Of a stretch of 64,000 bases of DNA, positions 32,780-43,015 are shown in pieces. The number at the start of each line of letters is the position of its first letter. The stretch's first letter is position 1. The position numbers and the translations under genes were made by a program. Source of the stretch: a virus (lineage: Duplodnaviria; Heunggongvirae; Uroviricota; Caudoviricetes). Where the stretch lies: the IMG/VR virus record IMGVR_UViG_3300031555_002904; one strand, given 5' to 3'. The notes beneath the pieces are model-generated. The model was given only the letters and a program-made list of their open reading frames with translations, was not told the origin of the DNA and did not search any database.

Positions 32780-33129
32780 TGGTATCTGTCAAACTGAAAA
32801 ATATTACCTATATCGACACTGAAGATGTGGATCAGCTGATTGCGCCGGCCCGTTGGAACGACTGTGAGTTCGCACAGATGGCTGAGAATGACAGCTATGT
32901 GCGTCTGGACTGCTCTGACTATGGCCTGGAAGAGCTGTATGAGTATCTGGACTGGGAGGTTCGCAAGGGCAATGAACCTCGTCCCGAGGATTATGATGAT
33001 CCCGAAGAATACGAATGGAAGGCTAAGCATTGTTACGCCGCTCGTTTGCGGAATCAGATCAAGCTGGTTGAGCGTCTGCGGAAAGAATATGGTATCCGCT
33101 ACGAAATCCTAGTCTGGGTCAGCTGGTAA
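32779..33129 (+). CDS. Hypothetical protein
   Basis: Translational coupling. Confidence 0.7.
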   Translation: MVSVKLKNITYIDTEDVDQLIAPARWNDCEFAQMAENDSYVRLDCSDYGLEELYEYLDWEVRKGNEPRPEDYDDPEEYEWKAKHCYAARLRNQIKLVERLRKEYGIRYEILVWVSW

Positions 33130-33138
33130 GGAGGATAT

Positions 33139-33417
33139 ATGGATATCTATGAGGCTTTGGAAAAGCTCGACGGTTTTTTCGATGCACTTGCTAATTATGG
33201 CGAGTGTAGTGATGAGGACCTGGAGCTAATGGGCGAAATTGAAGATGTTATCTATCAGTTCGCCAAAAAGTATGAGCCAAGACCAGAAGATCTACCTATG
33301 GAGTACACTTGTGATTGCGGCACTCATATGACCCGCAATCGTATTACTGATAGTGGAGATGCAGAATTTATTTGTTCTGGATGTAATGCTATCTGGTATT
33401 TGGGACCATCTTTCTAA
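33139..33417 (+). CDS. Zn-ribbon protein
   Basis: CDCG/CSGC. Confidence 0.65.
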   Translation: MDIYEALEKLDGFFDALANYGECSDEDLELMGEIEDVIYQFAKKYEPRPEDLPMEYTCDCGTHMTRNRITDSGDAEFICSGCNAIWYLGPSF

Positions 33418-33428
33418 GGAGGCAGTTT

Positions 33429-33701
33429 ATGAAATATACAATGATGCCAGTGGTTTCGCTGGCAACTTTGGTTGAAGAGCTGAAACTTCAATATGACATT
33501 GATGTTGGCTTCAAGCAGCTCAGAAATATTCTGTGGTATGAACCGCCTGGTAATGATTGCCACAAAGAATACTTCTATGGTGACGGTCCGATAGTTGCGG
33601 ACTCCGAGGATCCCGATCGTACCATCGAAAACTGTGTCATCACAATGCTGGAAGATTGCTTCCCCGACTGGGAGAGCATTCTCATTGATGTAACCTACTA
33701 A
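33429..33701 (+). CDS. Hypothetical protein
   Basis: AGGAGG RBS. Confidence 0.7.
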   Translation: MKYTMMPVVSLATLVEELKLQYDIDVGFKQLRNILWYEPPGNDCHKEYFYGDGPIVADSEDPDRTIENCVITMLEDCFPDWESILIDVTY

Positions 33702-33711
33702 GGAGGTTTCT

Positions 33712-34128
33712 ATGGTAAAATTATTTTTCCGCAATCTACTGTATATTCTATCTGTCTTAGGTGCGGCGTTTGGCATCTTTGCAGTGCTGGTGGGATGTCT
33801 CAAACTCCTTGCTTTGTCTGGAACCTGGGGCGCCATTATTCTGATAATAGTAGGTATACTTCTGGTTACATATATCACTGCCCGCAAAGACTTCAACGAA
33901 GCTATGGAAATGGAATATCAACTGTCGTGCCGTACACTCGAACAGTCTTATGACGATATGGTATGGACGCTCTCTCATAATGATGGTAAGGGCGCTGAAA
34001 CTCAGATCGAATCATTCAAGAAGATCCTTGCGGAACATATAATCAAATTTACCGCCGATGACTCCTACGCCCAAGGATATAGTGAGAGATACAAAGCCTT
34101 GACGGTGTTTTATAACCTTCCTATCTAA
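33712..34128 (+). CDS. Membrane protein
   Basis: Two TMs. Confidence 0.7.
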   Translation: MVKLFFRNLLYILSVLGAAFGIFAVLVGCLKLLALSGTWGAIILIIVGILLVTYITARKDFNEAMEMEYQLSCRTLEQSYDDMVWTLSHNDGKGAETQIESFKKILAEHIIKFTADDSYAQGYSERYKALTVFYNLPI

Positions 34129-34219
34129 CGACAGGAAGGTTTTTTGATTTTTATAAAAAAATATGATATAATATATATGTAAGGTAAAGAGAAAAGAAAA
34201 AACGGAATGGAGTGTTGAT

Positions 34220-34678
34220 ATGAGTACGAATGTTATCATTATGGGAGATATTCCTAAGAGTGGCTATGTCGCTATCGCCTGCGGACAGGGTTCCGCTCTC
34301 TCTGACGCGGTCAAAGAAGCAGTAGAGAAGTGTTTTGCTCCTAAAGAGAGCGACGAGCCGGAATCCTCCACTCCGGTCAAATATTATCGCGTTACTGCCT
34401 ATACTCCTTACTGCGGCGAGCATCTGGAAGACTTCATTGCCACCAGTAGTAAAGATGAACTGGAAGCCTTCAAGCAGAACCTCATTGAGGACTGCGCGGC
34501 TGAGTGGGAACCCTGTTGGGTGGACTACGAAGAAGAGGGCTATGAATCTGAGGACGAGTGGCAGGAAGCTTATTATGGCGGCTGCGGTGCTACCGTTGAA
34601 GAAATTTCCGAGGCTGAATACAAGGAAGAAACTAAACCTCGATGGCCATATGAACTGGTGAAAAAGGAGGCAGACTAA
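34220..34678 (+). CDS. Hypothetical acidic protein
   Basis: Promoter and RBS. Confidence 0.7.
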   Translation: MSTNVIIMGDIPKSGYVAIACGQGSALSDAVKEAVEKCFAPKESDEPESSTPVKYYRVTAYTPYCGEHLEDFIATSSKDELEAFKQNLIEDCAAEWEPCWVDYEEEGYESEDEWQEAYYGGCGATVEEISEAEYKEETKPRWPYELVKKEAD

Positions 34679-34974
34679 TGCCGAAATATGAAAAAACTGC
34701 CAAGGATAAAGCATGGGATCGCGAGCGCACTCGCTTACAAAGCGAAGTTCAAAACTGGATTGGCAAGTGTGCTGAAAAAGAAATTACTATCCAAGAGCAG
34801 AAGCGTCAAAATCTGGTTCTGGCAAATCGAGTCCATGAGCTGGAAGAGGTTATTACAAAGCTCACTGACGGTAAAATGACTCCCGATGAAGCTATTGCAA
34901 ATTTGCGGTCTGCCGCTAAAATCGGCGAGATGGCCAGCTTCATTATGGGATGGGAGAGAGGGGGTTATTTCTAA
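34678..34974 (+). CDS. Coiled-coil hypothetical protein
   Basis: Translational coupling. Confidence 0.7.
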   Translation: MPKYEKTAKDKAWDRERTRLQSEVQNWIGKCAEKEITIQEQKRQNLVLANRVHELEEVITKLTDGKMTPDEAIANLRSAAKIGEMASFIMGWERGGYF

Positions 34975-35240
34975 TGAGTAGATATGCTTTTATCCCCGAT
35001 GTGTTCTATGTAATCTGCGTCTGGGACGACGAGGGTATAAATTTTGAAACCATTGATGCAACAATCAATGAAGAGGTCGCCCAGGAGCAAGTAATGGCAT
35101 ACGCCTTTGAAGATGCCTATGAGAGCGCAATGGAAACATTACAATCTCGTAATATGACTCTGGCAAAGATCAAATATCAAGTGCGGCTAGAGTGCCCGCG
35201 CTACTTCTATAAGAAAGTTGATTTGAGAAAGGAAAAGTAA
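34974..35240 (+). CDS. Hypothetical protein
   Basis: TAATG coupling. Confidence 0.65.
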   Translation: MSRYAFIPDVFYVICVWDDEGINFETIDATINEEVAQEQVMAYAFEDAYESAMETLQSRNMTLAKIKYQVRLECPRYFYKKVDLRKEK

Positions 35241-35241
35241 T

Positions 35242-35769
35242 ATGCTGTTTGTAATTATTCCCGCAATCGTATTCTTCGCAGTATTCCTGGGTATTGGCAT
35301 CTCTGAAGGTGAATGGGGCTATGGTTTCCTGTTTGGTCTGTTGGGTGGTGCGGTTGCGGCTTTGGTCGTTTTGTTAGCCAGTATGTGCTTCGTTGGCGCG
35401 CCCGCTGGTGTAATTGATACTGAGACTCATGAAATTCACGCCCTAGTTGACAATATGCAGTTTGAGGGCAAGGTTTCCGGTAGTGTATTCCTGGTTCAGA
35501 GTCGCGTTGATGAAGAGCTAAAGTACAACTATATGTATAATGTTGAGGGCAAAGGTTTTGGATTCAAGAGTGCTAAGGCGACTTCCTGCTATTTGAATTA
35601 TTTGGAAGATCCTGCGGCCACCCCCTATGTAAAGATTTTGCACTATGACTGGGAGAGCCCGATCCTACGCTGGTGTTTTGGCGAGGGTTGGCTTACTAAG
35701 ACAGAATATGTGTTTTATCTGCCCGAGGGCGCCAATATCATTGATGACTTTACCATTGATTTTCAGTAA
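35242..35769 (+). CDS. Membrane protein
   Basis: Two N-terminal TMs. Confidence 0.75.
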   Translation: MLFVIIPAIVFFAVFLGIGISEGEWGYGFLFGLLGGAVAALVVLLASMCFVGAPAGVIDTETHEIHALVDNMQFEGKVSGSVFLVQSRVDEELKYNYMYNVEGKGFGFKSAKATSCYLNYLEDPAATPYVKILHYDWESPILRWCFGEGWLTKTEYVFYLPEGANIIDDFTIDFQ

Positions 35770-35778
35770 GGAGGATAT

Positions 35779-35970
35779 ATGCTAAAATACTTCTTAAAAG
35801 TATTCGGCATTATGGTTGCGATTCTCGCTGGGTTGGGAGTAGCAATTTTTGGCACAATCCTATCATTTGCCATCAATGTTGCACTCGGCATAGTCGTTTT
35901 GATTGTCGTAATCGCTGCAATAATTGCAATCATAGTTACCGTTATCGAATTTAGTTCCCCATGGGATTGA
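35779..35970 (+). CDS. Small membrane protein
   Basis: Two TMs, AGGAGG RBS. Confidence 0.7.
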   Translation: MLKYFLKVFGIMVAILAGLGVAIFGTILSFAINVALGIVVLIVVIAAIIAIIVTVIEFSSPWD

Positions 35971-36070
35971 AGATAGAAGCCTCTCTGTTTAGCGCAGAGA
36001 GGCTTCTTTGATTTTTATAAAAAAATATGATATAATATATATAGAAAGTAAAGGAAAGGAAATGATAGGT

Positions 36071-36262
36071 ATGACACGAGAGAAGGCGAACATCGTCGCA
36101 AGAACTCTGCAAGATATTGACGATTTTGAGTTGTTTATGGATGAGATCGAGAAAGTTATCGTCAACTTTGAGGGCGATGTCAATTTCTTCTATGAGAAGC
36201 AGATGTTACCTGCGATGCAGGCGGAATTAGCTCGTCGTAAAAGCGTATTGGAGGGACTGTAA
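36071..36262 (+). CDS. Hypothetical protein
   Basis: Promoter and RBS. Confidence 0.65.
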   Translation: MTREKANIVARTLQDIDDFELFMDEIEKVIVNFEGDVNFFYEKQMLPAMQAELARRKSVLEGL

Positions 36263-36263
36263 T

Positions 36264-36479
36264 ATGATCGGAACAAAAGATGGACGCCAGAGAGGTGAAA
36301 CCGCATACTGCTCTGTAACTTATTTGTGGAGCTTTACTCGTGCGGATCTCGGTCTGCCGGACGACGCAACGAATGAAGAATTGGAAGCTGCTGCTGAAGC
36401 GAAGATGGAAGAGATCACCGACCATATCACTCATATGGCCGATATTTATCATAACGACCTGGAAATCTCTGTTGCATAA
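36264..36479 (+). CDS. Hypothetical protein
   Basis: RBS. Confidence 0.65.
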   Translation: MIGTKDGRQRGETAYCSVTYLWSFTRADLGLPDDATNEELEAAAEAKMEEITDHITHMADIYHNDLEISVA

Positions 36480-36493
36480 GGAGAGGTATAGCT

Positions 36494-36766
36494 ATGCCTA
36501 TTATGTATGTTTTATGCGAAATCGACTACGATGATTCGTGGTATGATTTCATTATGGCAAGCCCTGATTTGGGCTTACTGCAAGATATTTGCCTGGCTCT
36601 TTTCCAAGAGCAAGATTATGAGAGTTATTTGAATGATGTTTTTTATTACGGTTTCAGTAATGAAGATGGCATCTATCATATCTCTCCCGCAGACTGTAAT
36701 TATTTCATCAAGGAGGTGCCGTTAGTTGGTTGCGAAATCGTATCAAAAGCTGAAAATGTTGTCTGA
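36494..36766 (+). CDS. Hypothetical protein
   Basis: RBS; resembles the 34974 protein. Confidence 0.65.
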   Translation: MPIMYVLCEIDYDDSWYDFIMASPDLGLLQDICLALFQEQDYESYLNDVFYYGFSNEDGIYHISPADCNYFIKEVPLVGCEIVSKAENVV

Positions 36767-37442
36767 TGAACCCTATGCCAAGGCTAACGGTAAGCTCTAT
36801 GTCAAGGTTCTGATGAAAGGCGGCAGCGAGCGAGAAGTTCGCTGGTATAATGCCGAAGAATATGCAAAAATGTATCCCGGTGAATTCGTTGAACCCGAAA
36901 TGTTCGTCAATCAGAAGAATATTCTCGGTTTCCAGGAGGGATACATAACTATCTTCAAAGGCAACCAAGAGGAACATGAAGACTGGTTCGGTCGCTCCAT
37001 CGCAAGATATTGCCGCCATTGGGGTTGGTATGTAGTATCTGAGGATACTATCCCATTTGATTTACCTGCTGGATTAGAGCCAGTAGAGTTGAAGTGGGAA
37101 ATGGTTGGTTGCGGTACCACTCTGAAAAATGATGAGGAAGTGCGGGCGGCGGTAAGTTCGCTGCTATATGGCACGCATCCAAGTGTTTTCCAGGGTCATA
37201 TCGGCGATCGTCTCGAGCTGAAAATCACAGTTATCAAGTCTCATCAAACTGAAAATCATTTCGGTAAGACTGCCCATCATATCTTTGAAGATGCCAATGG
37301 TAATCATTATGCATGGGATACCGGCGCCAAGTTCTGGGCTGAGGGTTCCATTAAGACTATCCGTGGTTCTGTCAAGGAACATAAAATCATCAACAATATT
37401 CAAACCACTGTGCTTACACGGTGTTTGGAGCAAATGAAATAA
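36726..37442 (+). CDS. Hypothetical protein with possible C-terminal OB-fold
   Basis: G.IGDRLELKITV...FG...H.F.D.NGN...W, KTIRGSVKEH...QTTVLTRC. Confidence 0.65.
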   Translation: MVAKSYQKLKMLSDEPYAKANGKLYVKVLMKGGSEREVRWYNAEEYAKMYPGEFVEPEMFVNQKNILGFQEGYITIFKGNQEEHEDWFGRSIARYCRHWGWYVVSEDTIPFDLPAGLEPVELKWEMVGCGTTLKNDEEVRAAVSSLLYGTHPSVFQGHIGDRLELKITVIKSHQTENHFGKTAHHIFEDANGNHYAWDTGAKFWAEGSIKTIRGSVKEHKIINNIQTTVLTRCLEQMK

Positions 37443-37454
37443 TGGAGGAAAAAT

Positions 37455-38141
37455 ATGAAACGACTTTATGCAATTCTGTTAGCTTTGGCTCTGCTTCTGT
37501 CCCTGTGTGCGTGCGGCGCCCCTTATCCGAGCGGTGGTATGAATGTTGCCACAACTGATGAAAATGGTGAACCCATCAAGATTTCATATGTCGCCGAGTT
37601 TTATGATAACTACGGCGCTCAGTGGCTCTCTGTTGAGGGTACTAGCTTCAATATCGAACCGAACAAGGTCAAGGAATACGCATATGACAGTGATGGTTCC
37701 TGGGTTTCCAAGTGGACGACTTCTTCGGTTATGTCTATTACCATTGACGACCAGCATATTGAGTCCTGTGGTTCTACCGTATTGTTCTATGATACCCGTC
37801 TGACACCGCTGGAAATTGATATTCCAAAGGAAATTACATCTTCTACCGGTGATTCTGCTACTATTGAAACACCCTATGATGGCTATAGCTGGTCCAATGA
37901 TCGCTGGGGTTTGATGTATTGGTATTGGCAGACTGAGAAACAGGCAAATACTACTCCGGCATCTAGAGTTGTGGTTATTCAGTCTCAGAATGGCGATCCG
38001 ATTTGTATGTTTGCCGGCGAGGAAGTTACCTGGTCGGTATCTCGTAACTTACCTAAAACCACCGAATTGATGATTGATGGTAAGGTTATATATATCCACA
38101 GATCCAATTTCTCTATCATAGATACATCTATCCTCAAATAA
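37455..38141 (+). CDS. Lipoprotein (DUF5052-like)
   Basis: Lipobox LCAC; VVVIQSQNGDPI, LPKTT.LMIDGK.IYIHR.NF. Confidence 0.7.
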   Translation: MKRLYAILLALALLLSLCACGAPYPSGGMNVATTDENGEPIKISYVAEFYDNYGAQWLSVEGTSFNIEPNKVKEYAYDSDGSWVSKWTTSSVMSITIDDQHIESCGSTVLFYDTRLTPLEIDIPKEITSSTGDSATIETPYDGYSWSNDRWGLMYWYWQTEKQANTTPASRVVVIQSQNGDPICMFAGEEVTWSVSRNLPKTTELMIDGKVIYIHRSNFSIIDTSILK

Positions 38142-38241
38142 GACAGAAGCCTCTCTGCATGGACGCAGAGAGGCTTCTTTGATTTTTATAAAAAAATATG
38201 ATATAATATATATAGAAAGTGAAAGAAAGGAAATGATAAAT

Positions 38242-38532
38242 ATGAAAGTTGTTCGAGTGAAAGCAAAGGTTTCTTCTCCTAAGTTATATACTCAAGAGCA
38301 GATGGACTCTATGTCTGCGGAGTTGGTCTCACTACGCGACCAGGTGATGGAGTTAAAGCAGAAAAATGCTAAGCTCGATACTGAGCTGGATATTGAGAGA
38401 AAAAATCATGCGCTTGTCCTTGCCGGCGTGCAGTTGTGGCAGCGAGAGTGTGAAAAGCTGCGTCAGGAAGTAAGAACTCGTGATAGTCGCATCACTCTGT
38501 TAGAACAATGTAATCGCATCTTGAAACTGTGA
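38242..38532 (+). CDS. Coiled-coil protein
   Basis: Promoter and RBS. Confidence 0.65.
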   Translation: MKVVRVKAKVSSPKLYTQEQMDSMSAELVSLRDQVMELKQKNAKLDTELDIERKNHALVLAGVQLWQRECEKLRQEVRTRDSRITLLEQCNRILKL

Positions 38533-38634
38533 AAGCTACTCTCCTGGCGCCATAAGACTTATTTGATTTTTATAAAAAAATATGATATAATATATATGTA
38601 AGATAAAGAAAGAGGAAAGGACTGATACTGATTT

Positions 38635-38940
38635 ATGGAAAAGGTTCGCGTTCTTTGTATGGACGACGATAATCACGACGCCCAATTTGTAACCGAGGAC
38701 TGGCATACCTACTCTAATGCCTGCTCTTTCATTACCCACCGCTTGGCTCAGCCGCATACGGACAGTTATGAAGTCCGTGGTTTTCACATTTGCGACCACG
38801 ATGAGATTCCCGGCATTAGCGAAGATGATGTTATTCGTCTGTTTGATATTGCTTTGGGCTTTATCACAGTTCCCGAAAACGAATGGCGAGCTGTGTTTGA
38901 AACTCTGTGGCAGTACAGTTCTGAGTGGTGGCACGCATGA
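38635..38940 (+). CDS. Hypothetical protein
   Basis: Promoter and RBS. Confidence 0.65.
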   Translation: MEKVRVLCMDDDNHDAQFVTEDWHTYSNACSFITHRLAQPHTDSYEVRGFHICDHDEIPGISEDDVIRLFDIALGFITVPENEWRAVFETLWQYSSEWWHA

Positions 38941-39176
38941 TCGGAATTACTCCTCCCTGGTATCAAGATCCAGTAGAGCATACAGCATTCAATGCATATG
39001 CTTATTCTCAGCAGAGAATTGAAAATTTTATCAACGCACTTGCGGCCGCCGATGATCCGAACGATATATCGGCACAGGCAGATGCTGCCTTGGCCGCCAA
39101 TCTAAATATAAGTTCCCTTACTCGCGATGAGCGAGAATATGTTGAAAGAGAGGTTGCCAAAAGGTGGCGAGGATAA
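38937..39176 (+). CDS. Hypothetical protein
   Basis: ATGA coupling. Confidence 0.6.
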   Translation: MIGITPPWYQDPVEHTAFNAYAYSQQRIENFINALAAADDPNDISAQADAALAANLNISSLTRDEREYVEREVAKRWRG

Positions 39177-40417
39177 AAAAGCGTTATAGCCACGTCATCG
39201 ATTACAAAGAACTGCATGATTTGCTAACAGACTTCCAGAATCGCGTATATGAAGATAAGGCAAAGAAAATGCCTTATGCCTATTGGCGCGATATGATTAG
39301 GGCTACAGCAGATGATTGGGCTCTGTTTGAAATCGAATGGGAAAGCGATGGATATGAAACTATCATCGACATTTTCTATGACAGTAATCGAGTAGCGTGG
39401 TCGTTTAATACCGGAGACAACTCCTTTGGTGATTTCATTTATAAAAATCTACTATTTGGAGTTGAAGATGAAATGCGTCGTGAGTATCCCTCCGATTATT
39501 ACACCGACCAAGAAGGTCGTCAGTATTACGAGTACTATGATTCTCGTACTGGTAAATCTACCATCTACGAAGAACTGGCTCACAGAACTAAGTCAGAGTA
39601 TGAAAGTGCACTGGCTACCAAGGCTGAGGCTTATGACCTCGAGCGTACAAATGATACCATCAGTAAGCTATGCGAGTCTGCGGCTCTCGCAGCCCCGCTG
39701 AAAAATGAAAACAACAACAATAAAACTAATAAGGAGAGTTTTGCTATGAAGTTCAATTTCGATTTCGGCCCCGTCAATTCCTCTATGGTTCGTATGTCCC
39801 TGTATGGTCTGGCTGTGAAGAACAAGGCCGGCACCTGGGTTTCCTATGACGCCAAGGCTGGCGACATTATGGATGTCGACATCCTCAACTTCGACGGCGC
39901 CAAGTTCCTGTACAAGATGCCTGTTGCCATCAAGGATATCGCTATCGGCGATGTTGTAATCCACAATGGTATCCCCATGTTCGTCATCGCCATCGCTACC
40001 AGCGGCGCCTACATCACTGCGGTCGACCCCATCAACGGCGAGCGTAAGGACATTATGCTGCCCAAGTCTCCCTTCGGCTTCAACTTCGCTACCAAGGTTG
40101 TCAACTTCCTGGGTAACGCCTTCAATACCAGCGCCACCGCCGAGAATCCCTTCGGCAATATGTGGATGCTGATGGCTATGTCCGGTGAGAACAAGGATAT
40201 GAATGACATTCTGCCCTTCCTGATGCTGAACAATGCCACCCCCGGCATTGACAACAATGTACTGATGTTTATGGCACTGTCCAATACCAAGGACGGCAGC
40301 AAGGATAATATCCTGCCTATGCTGATGATGCTGAACGCTCAGCATCCCGTTCCCAATGTTCCTTCCCAGGGTTGCACCTGCGGCGGTCACTGCACCGATA
40401 ACCACACCCAGGGCTAA
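39164..40417 (+). CDS. Hypothetical protein (417 aa) with Met/Asn-rich C-terminus
   Basis: Long ORF, terminator downstream. Confidence 0.75.
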   Translation: MARIKKRYSHVIDYKELHDLLTDFQNRVYEDKAKKMPYAYWRDMIRATADDWALFEIEWESDGYETIIDIFYDSNRVAWSFNTGDNSFGDFIYKNLLFGVEDEMRREYPSDYYTDQEGRQYYEYYDSRTGKSTIYEELAHRTKSEYESALATKAEAYDLERTNDTISKLCESAALAAPLKNENNNNKTNKESFAMKFNFDFGPVNSSMVRMSLYGLAVKNKAGTWVSYDAKAGDIMDVDILNFDGAKFLYKMPVAIKDIAIGDVVIHNGIPMFVIAIATSGAYITAVDPINGERKDIMLPKSPFGFNFATKVVNFLGNAFNTSATAENPFGNMWMLMAMSGENKDMNDILPFLMLNNATPGIDNNVLMFMALSNTKDGSKDNILPMLMMLNAQHPVPNVPSQGCTCGGHCTDNHTQG

Positions 40418-40533
40418 TAACTGATCCGCAATAAGGCTCTCTTGCTGAGAGCAGAGAGCCTTATTTGATTTTTCATAAAAAATATTGTATAATATATATA
40501 CAAGATATGAAAAGAATGTGAGGTAGTAGTCCA

Positions 40534-42291
40534 ATGGATTTATTGGCAAGACTTCCGGAAGAAGATAAGGATTTGATTCACCGCTATATTGCCTGGTATG
40601 GCGGCGGTGATTGTGAGACCGACTATTGCGTAATCAATCGCAACCGTATGGACTACTTCCTCCGGTATTGGGCGACCGCCAAGGCACCCTTCTACAAAAT
40701 GTTCGGTGAGAAGTTTATTCTCAAGAGAGAAATCTCCTTCACCAAAAATACCGACGACCTCGAAGAGGAAATGGATGATATCCTGCGTCGGAGTGCAGAT
40801 GTTCCTACTCTGACTTTCCGCCGTGAGTATATCGCTTTCATCGAGAATCATTACGATATGTCTTTTGAACTGCGCTATCAACTGAAGCGTTTCGTCAATG
40901 ATACCTCTATGCTCGTCAGAAATGTATATGACGGCGATCCCATCGTAATTCCGAGTCAGTTTACCAAGAATGGACATCCTCTGCAAATCAATTCTGGTGC
41001 CAAGGCTATCAAGATGCTTGGCAAGATTTGCTCTGCTTTGGATTTTTCCGTCAAGATGTACTACTGTGAGGATTGCGGTTACTGGGATCTGTACCGCCAG
41101 CCCGGTAAATGCCATTGCGGTAGTGACAAGCCGTTGAAAGAATTTGATGGCTATGAGTCATTCCGCCGAGCCCATTCTCTGGCATTGAACCAGAAGACCG
41201 TTCGTGGCAATCTGTGTCTGAGTATCCATCCGCTGGACTTTATCACTATGTCCGACAATGAGTGCGGCTGGAGCTCCTGTATGAGCTGGATGGAAGAGGC
41301 GGGTGATTACCGCCTTGGCACTATCGAAATGATGAACTCTGAAAGTGTCATCATCGCCTATATTGAGGCGAAAGAAGATATGTGTATTTGCAACGCTGAC
41401 GATAAGTGGAACAATAAACGCTGGCGTCAGTTAATCATTGTTACCCCCGAACTCGTTCTCGGCAACAAGCAGTATCCATACTTCAATGATGTGGTGCAGG
41501 GCACCGCACTTAGATGGATCAGAGATCTTGCGGCCGGCACCGATTTCTCTGGCACTCCTTATATGAGCTACGGCCCCTATGATGAGGAGAGCGTCCAGAT
41601 TAGCAACCAGAATACCAATACCATCGGCAATCGTCGTGTGCGTTTCAACCTGTATATGGGTGGTTATATGTATAACGACATTTATGATTTGCGGATGGGC
41701 TTTATGAAGAGCAACTGGGATGGCACTGATCTGAGTATTGATCTGTGCGGACCTGCCGTGTGTACTTCCTGCGGCGACATTATTCCCAGTCAAGATGTCG
41801 AATCCAGCTGGACCACTTGCCGCGACTGTAATGGTATGTGGCAGTGTGCCAAATGTGGTGACTGGCATTATGGAGAACCCTACTATGCGGCAGATACTGA
41901 CCGCAACTACTGTGAATATTGTTATTCACACGAACTGCACGAATGTGAAGTCTGCGGAGACCGAGTGGAGCACATCAACAATGTATTTATCGAGCTGATT
42001 CCCGCAGGTAAGTGCCCCGAAGATCTGGTTTGTTATAACTGGACTTATAAAATCCCGATGTGTGACTGTTGTATGCGTCGCCCCGAAGACTATGAGGTTA
42101 CTCTCGGCGAGTTGAAAGAAACTGCCGATATGTGGGGTCGCATTAGAGTCGTTGCCCGAATTGAAAATATCAATGATGAGGGACTTAGTCGTGGAGACCT
42201 TCCCGACGATGTCTTCAATGTACTCACCAAAATCAGAGATGCAAAGAGCATCGAAGAGAGGATTGCCTTGATTCGGCAGTACATTGATTGA
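40534..42291 (+). CDS. Large Zn-ribbon-containing phage protein (paralog of 44828)
   Basis: LSIHPLDF..S.N...WSSC...GDYRLG; C-terminal CxxC repeats. Confidence 0.75.
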   Translation: MDLLARLPEEDKDLIHRYIAWYGGGDCETDYCVINRNRMDYFLRYWATAKAPFYKMFGEKFILKREISFTKNTDDLEEEMDDILRRSADVPTLTFRREYIAFIENHYDMSFELRYQLKRFVNDTSMLVRNVYDGDPIVIPSQFTKNGHPLQINSGAKAIKMLGKICSALDFSVKMYYCEDCGYWDLYRQPGKCHCGSDKPLKEFDGYESFRRAHSLALNQKTVRGNLCLSIHPLDFITMSDNECGWSSCMSWMEEAGDYRLGTIEMMNSESVIIAYIEAKEDMCICNADDKWNNKRWRQLIIVTPELVLGNKQYPYFNDVVQGTALRWIRDLAAGTDFSGTPYMSYGPYDEESVQISNQNTNTIGNRRVRFNLYMGGYMYNDIYDLRMGFMKSNWDGTDLSIDLCGPAVCTSCGDIIPSQDVESSWTTCRDCNGMWQCAKCGDWHYGEPYYAADTDRNYCEYCYSHELHECEVCGDRVEHINNVFIELIPAGKCPEDLVCYNWTYKIPMCDCCMRRPEDYEVTLGELKETADMWGRIRVVARIENINDEGLSRGDLPDDVFNVLTKIRDAKSIEERIALIRQYID

Positions 42292-42394
42292 TTTTTCAAA
42301 AAAAATATGTTATAATATATATGTAAGGTAAAGAGAGAAAAACCTTGCAGAAAAAAAATAAAAAAAGAATTTTTGAAAGGTATAGGTGCAAACT

Positions 42395-42802
42395 ATGGAA
42401 AAGATTACCAAGCGTGAAATGTATGAAGCTATCAAGGAGACTTTCGAGACCGGTTCCTGCAAGTACGATGCTGCCACTGTGACTGCGTTCTGCGACAAGG
42501 AGATCGCCGCCCTGGACGCCAAGGCTGCCAAGGCTAAGGAGCGCGCTGCTGCCAAGAAGGCTGAAGCCGATATTCTGATGGGCCAGGTTGAGGACGCTCT
42601 GACCGATGAGTACCAGGTCATCGCCGATATCGCCGCTACTGTCGCCGGCGTGAATCCCGACGCTACCGTATCCAAGGTTACCTACCGTCTGGGTAAGCTG
42701 GTCGAAGCCGGTGTTGCCGAGAAGACCCAGGTCACCATTCCCGCTACCGAGACTTCCAAGGCTCGTAAGGTTCAGGCCTACCGTGCCGTTGTGACTGACT
42801 AA
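42395..42802 (+). CDS. Winged-helix protein, distant paralog of 19612/23432
   Basis: KITKREMY...FCDKEI...KVTYRLGKLVEAG; strongly biased codons. Confidence 0.7.
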   Translation: MEKITKREMYEAIKETFETGSCKYDAATVTAFCDKEIAALDAKAAKAKERAAAKKAEADILMGQVEDALTDEYQVIADIAATVAGVNPDATVSKVTYRLGKLVEAGVAEKTQVTIPATETSKARKVQAYRAVVTD

Positions 42803-43015
42803 TCTCGGTCTGATGTAATACTTCCCGCCCCTCTCACAAGCGCTGAGAGGGGCGGCTTTTTTATTGTCTAACATAATGTTCCACAAGCCTGCTCCGGCCG
42901 GCGACGCGCGCAAAGTCCGAAACGCCCAAATAGAAAATCGGTTTAGAAATTTTTTGTTCCAAAAGTTGAAAAACTTGAAAAAAAATGTTATAATATAATA
43001 AAGGAGTGTGATTAT

